From an uncultured Spirochaetota bacterium (GTDB taxonomy: Bacteria; Spirochaetota; Spirochaetia; SZUA-6; CAVTHK01), in the NCBI GenBank assembly GCA_963734495.1, contig CAVTHK010000016.1, positions 264,133 through 328,132 of the forward strand: a stretch of DNA of 64,000 nt, in the 5' to 3' direction. This document shows positions 40,580-52,786 of the stretch, in pieces; the first letter of the stretch is position 1; each line of letters starts with the position of its first letter. The notes beneath the pieces are model-generated. The model was not told the origin of the DNA. It saw only the letters and a list, made by a program, of their open reading frames with translations, and did not search any database. The translations under genes and the position numbers were made by a program.

Positions 40580-41661
40580 GCGGTCCGGAGGCTCCGGCCG
40601 GCGCGGCTCCCATGGCGCAGGATGACGCGTCGAAGCGCGACGGGCCCTTCATCACTTGCGAGAACCTCGTCAAGATCTACCGGATCGGCGACGCGGAGGT
40701 CCTTGCGCTCCAGGGGCTCGACATGACGGTCTCCGACGGCGAGCTCATGGCCATTGTCGGGACCAGCGGCAGCGGCAAGTCCACGCTGATGAACATCCTC
40801 GGCGGGCTGGACCTCCCGACTGCCGGAAAGATCGTCGTGGACGGCCTGAACCTCCTGCGCCTGCCGGCCGCGGAGCTCAACGACTACCGGCGCAACAGGG
40901 TGGGATTCGTCTGGCAGCAGACCTCGCGCAACCTGATCCCGTACCTGAGCGCGACCGAGAACGTCGAGCTGCCCATGGTGCTCAAGGGCATCCGAGCGGC
41001 CGAGATGAAGGCGTGGGCGCGGGAGCTGCTCGCGCAGGTCGGCTTGGAGAACCGGGCGGCGCACCGCCCGCCGCAGCTTTCCGGAGGCGAGCAGCAGCGG
41101 GTCGCCATCGCGGTGGCGCTGGCGAACCGGCCGCGGCTGCTCCTTGCGGACGAGCCCACCGGCGAGCTCGATACCCTGACGGCGCGGACCGTGCTGGAGA
41201 CCTTCCGCAGGCTCAACGAGGCCCTTGGAATCACGACCGTGATCGTCAGCCACGACCGCGACATCGCGCGGTTCGTCGATCGCGTCGTGGCGATCCGGGA
41301 TGGGAAGACCAGCACCGAGCGCGTCCGACGCGCCGCGGTCGCGCCGGCGGGCGACGCACAGCCCGGCGAAGCGCACGCCACGGGAGCGACCGGCGGCGGT
41401 TCCACCGGTGCCGAGTCCGAGTACCACGAGTACGTCGTCCTCGACTCGGCCGGCAGGCTGCAGATTCCAGCGGAATACCGCGAGAAGCTCGACATCGGCG
41501 ACCGCGTGACCCTCGACATGATGGACGAAGGGCTGCTCATACGGCCGGTCTCCGGCAGGGGCCTGGTTCAGAAGGAAGAGGCCGCAGAGGGAGAACACCC
41601 CGCCCGGACGCGGACGCGCAGGCGCGGATGGCTGTTCGGCCTGAGGAGGAAGCGCCGGTGA
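40576..41661 (+). CDS. LolD/MacB-type ABC ATPase with C-terminal AbrB/MraZ-like domain
   Basis: GTSGSGKST, LSGGEQQR, ADEPTGELD; VLDSAGRLQIPAEYREKLDI tail. Confidence 0.9.
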   Translation: MSGPEAPAGAAPMAQDDASKRDGPFITCENLVKIYRIGDAEVLALQGLDMTVSDGELMAIVGTSGSGKSTLMNILGGLDLPTAGKIVVDGLNLLRLPAAELNDYRRNRVGFVWQQTSRNLIPYLSATENVELPMVLKGIRAAEMKAWARELLAQVGLENRAAHRPPQLSGGEQQRVAIAVALANRPRLLLADEPTGELDTLTARTVLETFRRLNEALGITTVIVSHDRDIARFVDRVVAIRDGKTSTERVRRAAVAPAGDAQPGEAHATGATGGGSTGAESEYHEYVVLDSAGRLQIPAEYREKLDIGDRVTLDMMDEGLLIRPVSGRGLVQKEEAAEGEHPARTRTRRRGWLFGLRRKRR

Positions 41662-42364
41662 GCGAGACGACCCGCGAGGTCATTCGCGCCCAGGGGGTCA
41701 GGCGCTCCTTCCGCGTCGGCCCCGTCGAAGTCCACGCCGTGGACGGCGTCGACCTCGCGATCGAGCGGGGCGAATTCGCGGTCCTCAGGGGCCGCTCCGG
41801 CTCCGGCAAGACCACGCTGCTGAACCTGCTCGGCGGGCTGGACCGGGCGACCGCGGGCGAGGTCTACCTCAACGGCCGCGCCCTTTCGGGCTTGAGCGAC
41901 GACGAGATGACGGAAGTGCGCAGGCGCGACATCGGGTTCGTGTTCCAGTCCTTCGCGCTGCTTCCGACCTTTTCGGCCTACGAGAATGTCGAGCTCCCCC
42001 TTCGCATCGCGCGCGTCGACGCGTCCGAGCGGGCGGACGCGGGCGCGCCGGTGCCTCGAGCTCGTCGGCCTCGCGCAACCGCGCCGACCACCGGCCCGAC
42101 GAGATGAGCGGCGGCCAGCAGCAGAGGGTGGCGATCGCGCGCGCCCTCGTCAGCTCGCCGACGCTGATCCTCGCCGACGAGCCGACCGGCGAGCTGGACA
42201 GCCGCAGCGGGGAGCAGGTCCTGGAGCTGTTCCGCCGCATCGCCCGCGACGACGGCGTCACGGTGGTGATGGCATCCCACGACCCGATCGTCGACGAGTA
42301 CGCCGGCGTCGTCTTCGAGATGCGCGACGGGCGGATCACCGCCACGAAACGCAACGGCGCTTGA
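41658..42364 (+). CDS. LolD-type ABC ATPase (frameshifted, 42030-42090)
   Basis: GRSGSGKTT, FVFQSF, MSGGQQQR, ADEPTG, SHD. Confidence 0.88.
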
Positions 42365-42449
42365 TGCCCAGGGACGCGCGGGCGCCGCGAGGGCGCCCAG
42401 CGGGGCGCATTGACGCGAGCTCGATGCCGCCGATACATTCGGACCGTCC

Positions 42450-43407
42450 ATGACGAGAGTCGTTGCCCTGTTGATGGCGATCGGCGTTTCGGCTTGTGCG
42501 GCTGCTCAGGAAGCGCAGACCGCGCCGCCCGGCACGTCGTGGTGGCGCGCCGACGCGACCTTCTTTTTCGCCAACAACATCTTCGACGATGGCGGGGATC
42601 GCAGGGCTTCCGATGCCCCTTCGCGCGACGTTTCGCTCGGCTTCGCGGTCGAGCTCGGCCTCACCGACCGGGTCTCCCTCGAGCTCGACTGGCTGCCGGG
42701 CTACGACGTGTGGTCCACGCTGGACGGCGCCGGAAAGACCGACTTCCCGGACGGCCAGGCGACCCGCGACGGCCCTCGCGACCTTTGGGCCGCCGCGAGG
42801 TTCCAGATCATCGGAGATTCCGGCCTCGCGGCTGCAGAGCGAGCAGCTGCGGCTCGTCGCGGCGCCGGGGCTGGTCGTGCCGCTCCCCGAGCCCGACTGG
42901 CAGACGCAGAACGCGAGGGCGCTCGACGGCAAGCGGTACGTCCTCGAGAACCCGGACCGGCATGCGCTCGGGGCCGGGGTCCGCGTCGCGGGCGAGTACG
43001 TGTTTGCCGAGTCTTTCAGCCTCCTCGCCCGCGCCTCCTACGTCCAGTTCGCCGCCAGGCGAACCGCGACGGCCCAGAGCCCGGCCACGGAGCAGAAAAC
43101 CGATTACGGGTACCAGCTGACCCTCGCCGTGGAGCCGCAGGGCTCCGTCGACCTCGGCCGGGTGGCTCTCCGCGCGGGTCTCGAGCTCAAGGACGTGCTG
43201 GTGCCGGACACGATCGTCGACGGGACGGTCGCGGTGAACGAGGGTTTCCTCGCGACCGCCGAGCCGTGGTTCGGGGTGGTGCTCGCCGCGCGCGCGAACC
43301 CGCTGCTCTTCTCGCTGGGCTACATCGTGCCCGTGGCGGGCCGCAACAACGAGGCGCAGAACGGCATCCGCATCTCGGTCGAGTCCGCCGCGGCTCGGGG
43401 CCGGTAG
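42450..43407 (+). CDS. Secreted, putative outer-membrane beta-rich protein (frameshift near 42830)
   Basis: Signal peptide; alternating hydrophobic beta-strand pattern. Confidence 0.55.
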
Positions 43408-43505
43408 GCACGCGGCCCTCCCGCGGCCGAGCCGCGCTCTTGACTCACGGGCGCCCTGCGGTCATTCTCGCGTTGGCACACGAGTTCTGACACGGAGGCG
43501 GGGGA

Positions 43506-43769
43506 ATGACTACCTGGACGACGATCTACCTGATCCTTGCCGTGCTCGCCGGCGGCCTCGGCATCTGGAACCTCGCGAGGGGCCGCAACCCGTACCTGAG
43601 CGTGGCGGGCCTGCTGTGGTTCGTGGCGGTGCTGCTGCGCTTTTTCGTTCCGCAACTCGCGGACGTCGTGATCGTCAGCGGCATCCCGGAGCTGGGGGCG
43701 CTGGTGCTGTACGCGGCCGTCCCCCTCTTCATGATTCTCGCCTTCTTCAACGTGGGGAGCCGGAGATAG
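43506..43769 (+). CDS. Small membrane protein (3 TM)
   Basis: 87 aa, hydrophobic; G-rich RBS. Confidence 0.7.
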   Translation: MTTWTTIYLILAVLAGGLGIWNLARGRNPYLSVAGLLWFVAVLLRFFVPQLADVVIVSGIPELGALVLYAAVPLFMILAFFNVGSRR

Positions 43770-43785
43770 AACGGGCGCGAGCGCG

Positions 43786-44993
43786 ATGAACGACGTCGCC
43801 ACCGCCGGGCGCCGGCGGCGCGCGAGCGGGCCAGGCGCTCCCGCCGCGGTGCGGGAGACGATCGAGGGCTACCTCTTCGTCCTGCCTGCCGCCCTCGTGA
43901 TCCTCGTCTTCGGAATCTGTCCCGGTCTTCTTCACGGTGATCGTCAGCCTCAACCGCTGGCGGATCAAGCCGGGACGCGTTGATCGGCCTCGAGAACTAT
44001 CCTGGAGGTTTTCGGCGGGCCGGCCGCTTCTGATCTGCGTCGCGGCGGCCGCGGCGCTGCTCGCGGTCGCCGGCTGGCTGAGGCGCGGCGGCAGGCGCCG
44101 GGCGGCGGCTCGCCGGCGCGTCTCGCGATCGCGTTCGCAGCTGCGCGATCGCTGCTCGTGGCGCTGCCGCGTGGTCCGGGCTTCCGGCGACGCGGAGATG
44201 CTCGACTCGCTGCGGGTCACGGTCTGGTACTCGCTCGGCACCGTGCCCGTGCAGCTCGGCCTCGGGCTGCTGCTGGCCCTTCTGCTGGACGCGAAGTTCC
44301 GCGGCAAGCAGGCCTTCCGCGTCATCTTCCTGCTGCCCTACGTCGTGCCGGCCGTCGCGTCGGCCACGGTGTTCGAGCGGCTCTTCTCGCTGCGGCCGGA
44401 GTCGTTCGCGAACCAGGTGCTCGCCCTGTTTCAGGCTCCGCCCGCAGCAGTGGCTGCGGGAGACGCGCGGCGTGCTCGAGATGGCCTTCGGCTGGGGGCG
44501 CGGGAGCGCGGCCGACGCCGCCTCGGCCGCGGCCTACTGGCTGGGGTGGGCGCAGGGGCCCGAGCCTCGCCCTCGTCGTCGATCATGTTCTACAACTACT
44601 GGGTGTTCATCGGTTACTACGCGCTGATCTACGCCAACGGGCTCGCGAACATCCCCCGCGAGCTCTACGAGGCCGCCGAGGTCGACGGCGCCAGGCGCTC
44701 GACCGTCTTTTTCAAGATCGTGGTGCCGCTGCTGTCGCCCACGACGTTCTTCCTCTCCACGCTCGGCGTCATCGGGACGTTCAAGGCCTTCAACCACATC
44801 TACGTGCTGCGCAACCCCGACGCCCAGGGGGCGGCAGACCCTGTCAGCGTGTATATCTTCTTCACCTTCTTCAGCAAGTCGCGCTTCGGGTACGCGGCGG
44901 CGATGGCGCTGGTGCTGTTCGTGATCGTCATGGGCCTTACGTACCTCCAGCGTCGCGTCATGAGCAAGCAGGGTCTTCTATGGCGACGATTGA
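43786..44993 (+). CDS. Sugar ABC transporter permease (multiple frameshifts; end approximate)
   Basis: GYLFVLPA, FLLPYVVP, IPRELYEAAEVDGA EAA motif, GYAAAMA. Confidence 0.85.
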
Positions 44994-45860
44994 GGCTCGC
45001 GCGCGGCTCCTCAGCCGCAGCCGAGGCCTCGCTGAACAGTGCGCGCTACGCCGTGCTGCGCGCGGGCGCGTTCGTCGCGTTGTTGCCTTTTCTGTACATG
45101 GTGGCGACGTCTCTCAAGAGCTACGGCGAGACGGTGACCGGGTGAGCGCCATCCCGTTTCACCCGGACTTCTGGCCGACGAAGCCGATGTGGGAGAACTA
45201 CGTCACCGCCTGGCGGGAGGTCAACCTCGGCCGCTACTTCCTCAACAGCGTCGTGATCGGGATCGTCACCGTGGCCGGGGCCTGCACGACCGCCGCGCTC
45301 GCGGCGTACGCGTTCGCCAAGATGCGTTTCTACGGGCGCAATTGCGATCTTCTCCGCGATCCTCGCGACGCTGATCATCCCCGAGACCGTGCTGCTCATC
45401 CCGAACTTCATCGTGGTTTCCGCCCTCGGGTGGGTCGACACGCTCGCCGCTCTGACCGTGCCCTTCCTGGCGAACGCCTTCGACATCTTTCTCCTCAGGC
45501 AGTTCTTCAACCAGGTGCCGAACGCCCTGCTGGAGACCGCGCGGATGGACGGCGCCAGTCACCTCAGGCGTCCTCGTGCAACGTCGTGGTGCCGCTTTCG
45601 CCAGGGACCCCTCTCGACCGTGGCCTTCCTCGATTTCCTCGGGCTCCTGGAATGCCCTCCAGTGGCCCCTGGTCGTGACCCAGACGCCGCGGTGGCGGCC
45701 GATCTCCGTCGGCCTCACGCGCTTCATCGCCGAGTCGGGACCGGAGACCCAGCTGCGGCTGGCGGGCGCGACGATCGCGCTCGTCCCGGTCGTGTTCGTG
45801 TATATTCTGGCCCAGAGGCAGATCACCGAAGCGATCTCCCGCACGGGCATCAAGGGGTAG
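44980..45860 (+). CDS. Carbohydrate ABC transporter permease (multiple frameshifts)
   Basis: WENY, YFLNS, AAYAFA, LLETARMDGA, WN..QWP, AQRQ..GIKG. Confidence 0.85.
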
Positions 45861-45913
45861 GAAGTCGGGAGAGGACGCCTCCGGGCGTCCGCAGAGTCAG
45901 AGGAGGTAAGAGG

Positions 45914-47251
45914 ATGAGATTCGATCAGACTGGCACTCGCAGCCGGTCTCGCGGCGGCGCTGGCGGCCCCGCTGGCCTTCGCGGAGCGGCGGCGCGAGGC
46001 GCGCGGCCAAGTCGGCGCTCGCAGACGTCGACCCCACGGGCGCGACGGTCGTCTACTGGCATCAGCATTCGCCGGCAGCGCGAAGACGCGCTGAACAAGA
46101 TGATCGCCGAGTTCAACAGCACGAACCCGTACAAGATCACGGTCAAGGGCGAGTATGCGGGCGGCTACAACGACATCTACAACAAGATGGTCGCGGCCAT
46201 CGCCGGCGGCGCCAAGCCCAGACCTCGTCGTCGCCTACCAGAACCAGGCGGCAGCCTACCAGGTCAGCGACGCGCTCGTCGACCTGAACCCCTACGTCTA
46301 GCGACAAGAAATGGGGCCTCGGCGACGACATCAAGGACTTCTTCGAGGGCTTCATCAACCAGGACGTGAACGCCCAGTTCGGGGGCCAGCGCCTCGGGTT
46401 CCCGCCGAACCGGTCGATGGAGGTCGTGTACTACAACAAGACCTGGATGCAGCAGAGCGGCACCGCCGAGCCGCCGGCCACCTGGGATGCGTTCTTCGAG
46501 GCGTGCCGCAAGGCCACCGACCGGCCAAGGGCACCTACGGCTACGCGATCAGCACCGACGCGTCGAACATCTTTGCGCAGGTCATCAGCCGCGGCGGCGA
46601 CATCGCGAAGAAGGACGGCACGGGCTACACTTTCAACACGCCCGAGATGAAGGCGTCCATGCAGTTCGATGAAGAAGCTCTACGACGCGGGCTACAGCCG
46701 CAAGATCGCCGAGAAGTACGGCGACCAGACGGACTTCGGCAACGCGAAGGTCATGTTCACCATGAGCTCCACCTCTGGGCTCCCGTTCTACGATCAGGCG
46801 GTCGCGGCGGGGAAGGCCGGCAAGTTCGACTGGAGCGTGGCGGCGATCCCGCACACCACCCCCAAGGCGGTGCAGAACATCTACGGCGCGTCGCTGAGCG
46901 TCCCCAAGTCGACGCCGCAGAAGCAGCTCGCGGCGTGGCTGTTCATCAAGTGGATGTCGGAGCCCAAGCAGCAGGCCACAGTGGGTCGAGGTGTCGGGAT
47001 ACTTCCCGGTGCGGAACTCGAGCCTCGCGAGCCTCGGGGACTACACGGTCAAGAACCCGAAGTTCGGCGACGCCTTCAAGCTGCTGCAGACGTCGACGCT
47101 CAAGGCCGAGCCGCCGTTCGCCGGCTACGACGTCGTGCGCGACGCGATGAGCTCCGCGCTCAACGCGATCCTCGACGGCGCCGACATCGACAAGACCCTC
47201 GCCGATCTCGATGCCAAGGCGAACAAGATTCACAAGGAGTCCAAGCCGTAA
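45914..47251 (+). CDS. Sugar ABC substrate-binding protein (UgpB-like; multiple frameshifts)
   Basis: [38 protein letters not shown]. Confidence 0.85.
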
Positions 47252-47274
47252 CCCGGGCTCGGTCCGAGACGAGC

Positions 47275-47304
47275 AGGGCGGGGGCAGGCTCCAGCCCTTT
47301 TTTT
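47275..47304 (+). terminator. Probable Rho-independent terminator
   Basis: agggc...gccct stem followed by a T-run after the SBP gene. Confidence 0.55.
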
Positions 47305-47369
47305 GGGCCCGCGGGGCGGGCGGAGGGGCGTCGAGCGGCCGGTCAGCGCGGTCAGTCGCGGTCTGGCGG

Positions 47370-48875
47370 TCAGTAGCTCCGGGCGAAGACGACACGCCCC
47401 TTGCTCGGCTCGCCCGTGAAGGGGCAGCGGCCGGGCCCGCTGCTCTTCGTAGTCCGAGCGGGATGCAGCGAATCGTCACGGAAAGCTCCTGCCTTGATGC
47501 GCTCCTCGACCTGCGGGCTGCCGTTCCAGTGGGCCAGGGCGAACCCGCCGCCGTCCTCCGCGAAGTACTCGCGGAACTGCTTTTCCGTGTCGATCTCGCG
47601 CGTGTTGGCCTTGAGGAACTCGCGCGCCCGCTCGAGCAGTCCTCGCTGGATGTCCTCGAGCGTCTGCGGAATCGTCTCGACGAACTGCTCCCTCGGCAGG
47701 CTCGTCTTTTCGGTCTTGTCGCGGCGGGCAAAGAAGACCCCGCCCTTCTCGATGTCGCGCGGCCCGATCTCCGCGCGGACGGGAATGCCCTTCTTGACCC
47801 AGTCCCAGCTGCGCTCGCCCGCGTTCGACTCGCGGCGGTCGACGATGACCTCGACGGGCTTGCCGTCGTACACGCGGCCGCGCAGCTGCGCGGCGATCCG
47901 GTCGCAGTAGCCGAGGACGGGCGCCTTGTCGGCTTCGCTGCGGATGATCGGCAGCAGCGCCACGTGGGCGGGCGCGATCCGCGGGCGGCATGACGACGCC
48001 GTTGTCGTCGCCGTGCACCATGACGAGGCCGCCGATCAGGCGCGTGGACACGCCCCAGCTCGTGGTCCAGGCGTGCTCCTCCTTGCCTTCGCGCGACTGG
48101 AAGCGGATCCCCGAGGCCTTCGCGAAGTTCTGTCCCGAGGAAGTGGCTGGTGCCCGCCTGCAGCGCCTTGCGGTCCTGCATCAGGGCCTCGATGCAGTAG
48201 GTCGCGACGGCGCCCGGGAAACCGCTCCGCCGCGGTCTTCTCTCCGGTGAGGACCGGGCATGGCCATGTAGCTCCTCGGCGAACGTCGCGGTAGATCTCG
48301 AGGATGCGCATCGTCTCCTCGCGCGCCTCCGCCTCGGTCTCGTGGGCGGTGTGCCCTTCCTGCCAGAGGAACTCCGTCGGTCCGCAGGAACAGGCGCGGT
48401 GCGCATCTCCCAGCGGACGACGTTGGCCCACTGGTTGATGAGCAGGGGCAGGTCGCGATAGCTCTGCACCCATCGGGCGAAGGTCTCGCCGATGATGGTC
48501 TCGCTGGTCGGCCGCACGACGAGGGGCTCGTCCAGTGGCGAGGCCGGCACGAGCTTGCCGTCGGGGCCCGGCTCCAGCCGGTGGTGCGTGACGACCGCGC
48601 ACTCCTTGGCGAACCCCTTGACGTGCTCGGCTTCCTTCTGGAAGTAGGAGAGGGGAATGAAGAGCGGGAAGTAGGCGTTCGACGTGCCCTGTGGCCTTGA
48701 ACATCCGGTCGAGGGCCGCGCGCATGTTCTCCCAGAGCTGGTAGCCCCAGGGCTTGATCACCATGCAGCCGCGCACGGCGCTGTTCTCGGCCAGATCGGC
48801 CGCTCGCACGACCTGCTGGTACCACTCGGAATAGTCCTGCTCACGCGTGGGCGTGATGGCGGTCCTGGCTGCCAC
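47370..48875 (-). CDS. proS: Proline--tRNA ligase, archaeal/eukaryote-type (multiple frameshifts)
   Basis: [45 protein letters not shown]-terminal VFARSY; no INS editing domain. Confidence 0.95.
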
Positions 48876-48876
48876 G

Positions 48877-50689
48877 TCATCCTCCGGATGCGGCCTTCGC
48901 GGTCACTCTGGGCGATGTCGAGAAGGTCGCGATCGTTGTCTGGGATTTTCTTCGAACTCGTTGAACAGCTTGATCCTGCTTGAAGGTCTCGTGTGTGCTT
49001 GAGGAAGCGCGTCGACGATATCGGGGTCGAAGTGAGTTCCGCGCTCCCTGCCGATGATGCGCGACGGCCTCGTCGTGGGAAAAGGCCCTCTTGTAGGGGC
49101 GCTCGGTCGTGAGCGCGTCGTAGACGTCGGCCAGGGCGACGATCCGCGCCGAAAGCGGTATCTGGTCGCCGCTTGCGGCCTTCGGGGTACCCGGAGCCGT
49201 CCCACCACTCGTGATGGTGGTAGGCGATCTCCTTGCCGAGCGTCAGGAACGACTCCTGCTTGATCTCGCTGTCGACGGCGCTCAGCGCGTCGCCCCCGAT
49301 CCGCGCGTGCTCCTTCATCCGTCGAATATTCGTCCGTCGTCAGCTTGCCGGGCTTGATGATGATGCTGTTCTCCACGCCCACCTTGCCGACGTCGTGGAG
49401 GATCGCCGACAGGCACAGGTCCTCGATGTAGTCGTCGGTGATGTAGCTGGTGTAGCGGGGGTTCTCACGGAGGTGCGAAGCGAGGACGCGAGTGTAGTCC
49501 TGGATCCGGTGCAGGTGCCGGCCCGTGTCCTTGTCGCGGTATTCGGTGAGCCACGCAAACCCGCGGATCGTGGCCGACTGCGTCTCCTTGATCCGGTCGA
49601 AGCTCTCCTTGAGCTTCTGCTCGAGGCGCACGCTTTCCGTGCGGTCCTGCTCCATGATCGAGTAGCCCAGAAGCTCGCTCAGCGAGTTCCGCAGCTCGCC
49701 GTACGACGCGTAGACGAACCGCCGGGCGCCGCCCTTGCAGACCCGCGGGACACCGGTCTCGACGAGCCGGCCGCCGTTGTCGGCGACCATGGCCATGATC
49801 GCCGGCATGGGGGGGCGTTCGGCGGGCAGGCCGACGATCTCGTCGAACTCGCGGCCGACGACCTCCTCCCAGCCGTAGCCGTACATCTCCTCGGCGCCGT
49901 CGTTCCAGTTCAGGATCGACGCCTTCGGGGTCGACGATCACGATCGAAGAGAGGGAACGTGTCGAACAGCATGATGTAGTTCCGCTCGGCGATCCCGAGA
50001 CGCTGTTCGAGGTTTCTCAGGTACGTGACGTCGCGCATCTGGCAGGTGTAGCCGGTGATCGCGCCGTTCTCGTCGCGGGTGACCCATGAGGTATCGAGCA
50101 CTCGCTTGAGCTGGCCGTCGGCGGTGCGGATGTGGGTCTCGGAGTTGTACAGCGACCCGGCCTCGAGCAGGCGCGTCGCCCTCGTCTTCGAATTCCCTGC
50201 GGCTGGCAAAGAGCTCCGGCGAACGTCCGGGGCGCCCTGTCGCGCGCCGCGCCGATCATCCGGTAGTACGAGGGATTGGCAGCCAGGATGCGGCCGGTAA
50301 GGTCGACGGAAACCAGAGCATCGCCCGCGTTGTTGAAGAGGAGGTCGTAATCGCTGCGGCGCGTGCCCTGTCTCCCTGACCCGAACCATGCGGAAGCGTT
50401 TCGCGGTCGCTGTCGACCGCGAAGCAGGAGACCCGGAAGACATCTGCAGTCCGCGCGATGTGAGGATCTCGCTGGGTCTCTCGCCGGACTCGCCCCGCGC
50501 GCACCACTCCGCGCCCCTCAGGATGTCGGCCTGCCGGGCGCGCAGCTCGGAGCTGTTCCATCCGGTCAGCTTGAGGAAGACATCGTTGAAAAACACGACT
50601 TCGCCGTGGCCATCGACGATCAGGAAACCGTCGGTGAACTCCTCGATGATCCTGAGAATCACGTTGGGGAAGGGCCCCGGTTGCGTCAT
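48877..50689 (-). CDS. PAS-domain HD-GYP (c-di-GMP phosphodiesterase-like) protein, multiple frameshifts; 3' end approximate
   Basis: PAS repeats; RDKDTGRH, LHDVGK, HHEWWDGSGYP, DVYDAL, HFDP. Confidence 0.85.
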
Positions 50690-51032
50690 TGCCGTCTTTT
50701 TTCTACTGCCTGCGGGGTAACCATATAGGGCGCCGGGCGGGCCGTCAAGCCGTGTCGGCCGGAAAGACGGCGATCATGCTCGCCCTGCGCCTGACACGTC
50801 TCGCGGCGCGCTTCCAGCCCCGGCACTCGCGCCATCTGCGGCGAGTATCCGGCGAGTACGCCGGACCAGGGCGCGCCGGACCAGCCCGTGGCCTGCGGCC
50901 ACGGGCAAGGGCGCTTGGCTGTGCCGGGCAACCCAACCCCGCTTCGCGCGCTTCGCGGGCTTGGGTTGACCGGCGGGAGGTTTTTCCATATCGTGACTGC
51001 GCGTGCCCGCGCTTCGGCAGGGCGGAGGACCC

Positions 51033-52786
51033 GTGGACGAGGATCTGTTGTACAGGATTCGGCACTCGGCGTCGCACGTGATGGCGCAGGCCGTGCTGGA
51101 GCGCTTTCCCGAAGCGAAGCTCGCGATCGGACCGCCGATCGACAACGGCTTCTACTACGATTTCGACCTCCCGCGCCCGCTGCGCGACGAAGACCTCGCC
51201 GCGATCGAGGCGCGCATGAAGGAGATCGTGCGCGGGAAGCATCCCTTCCATCGAGAGGTCCTGTCTCGCGAACAAGCGCGGCGGCGCTTCAAGGATCAGC
51301 CCTACAAGCTCGAGCTGATCGACGACCTGCCCGAAGGCGAGGAGATCTCCCTCTTTACGCGACGACAAGTTCACCGACCTCTGCCGCGGGCCCCACGTCG
51401 CCGACACCTCCGAGATCGACCCGGACGCCTTGAAGCTGCTGTCCGTGGCGGGCGCCTACTGGCGCGGCGACGAGAAGCGGCCCATGCTGCAGCGCATCTA
51501 CGGCACGGCGTGGGCCACGGCCGCGGACCTCAAGGCGCACCTCGCGCATCTCGAGGAGATCGAGAAGCGCGACCACCGCAGGCTCGGCAGGGAGCTCGAC
51601 CTCTTCTCGACCCACGAGGAAGCGGGCGCCGGCCTCATCTACTGGCACCCCAAGGGCGGGCGCATCCGCAACGTCATCGAGGATTTCTGGAAGAGCCAGC
51701 ACTTCAAGAACGGCTACGAGCTGCTCTACACGCCGCACATGGGTCGGGCGTGGCTCTGGGAGACCTCGGGGCACCTGGGCTTCTACAAGGAGAACATGTA
51801 CGCCCCGATGACCATCGACGAGATGGACTACTTCATCAAGCCGATGAACTGCCCCTTCCACATCCTGATCTACAAGTCGCGCACGCGCTCGTACCGCGAC
51901 CTCCCGCTGCGGTGGGCCGAGCTCGGGACCGTCTACCGCTACGAGCGCTCCGGCGTGCTGCACGGGCTGCTGCGCGTCCGCGGCTTCACGCAGGACGACG
52001 CCCACATCTTCTGCACCCCGGAACAGATGGAGAGCGAGGTGCTCGAGGTCCTTCGCTTCTCGCTTTCCATATGGAAGGCCTTTGGCTTTACCGAGATCAA
52101 GGCGTACCTCGCCACGCGGCCCGAGCACAGCGTCGGAGACGAGGAGCGCTGGAACCAGGCGACCGCGTCCTTGAAGAAGGCGATCGAAACCGAGGGGATG
52201 CCCTACGAGATGGACGAGGGGGGCGGCGCCTTCTACGGTCCCAAGATCGACCTCAAGATCAAGGACGCGCTCGGCCGCGAGTGGCAGATGACCACGATCC
52301 AGTTCGACTTCAACGAGCCCGACCGCTTCGAGATGACTTTCGTCGACAGCGACGGCAAGGAGAAGCGGCCCTACATGGTGCACAGGGCGCTTCTCGGGTC
52401 GATCGAGCGGTTCTTCGGCGTCCTGATCGAGCAGTACTCCGGCGCCTTCCCGGTCTGGCTCGCGCCGGTGCAGGCGGTGGTGATCCCCGTCGCTCCGGCG
52501 TTTGCCGGCTACGCGAAGGAAGTGGCGGACGAGCTCGTCCGCGAAGGCTTCCGCGCGGAAGTCGACTCAAGCGACAATCGGATGAACGCGAAGATACGCA
52601 ACGCCCAGGCGCTCAAGATCCCGTACATGCTGGTGGTGGGGGAGAAGGAACAGGCGGCGAAGGCGGTTTCGGTGCGGCTGCGCACCGGCGAGCAGGCCAA
52701 CGGGGTGCCGCAGGCGGCGATTCGTCGAAACCCTGGCTGCCAAGGTGGCGGACCGGACCGCGGACCTCGCTATTTCTCCTGCATGA
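51033..52786 (+). CDS. thrS: Threonine--tRNA ligase (frameshifts near 51355 and 52720)
   Basis: RHSASH, DLCRGPH, GAYWRG, RDHRRLG, KPMNCP, FTQDDAH, FYGPK. Confidence 0.95.

Noticed and set aside
32948-41661. Very long ORFs (946, 1371 and 865 aa) that look like novel multidomain fusions
   Set aside because: They are chimeras of separate genes created by indels and by the scarcity of stops in high-GC frames. Internal starts and RBSs define the individual genes.
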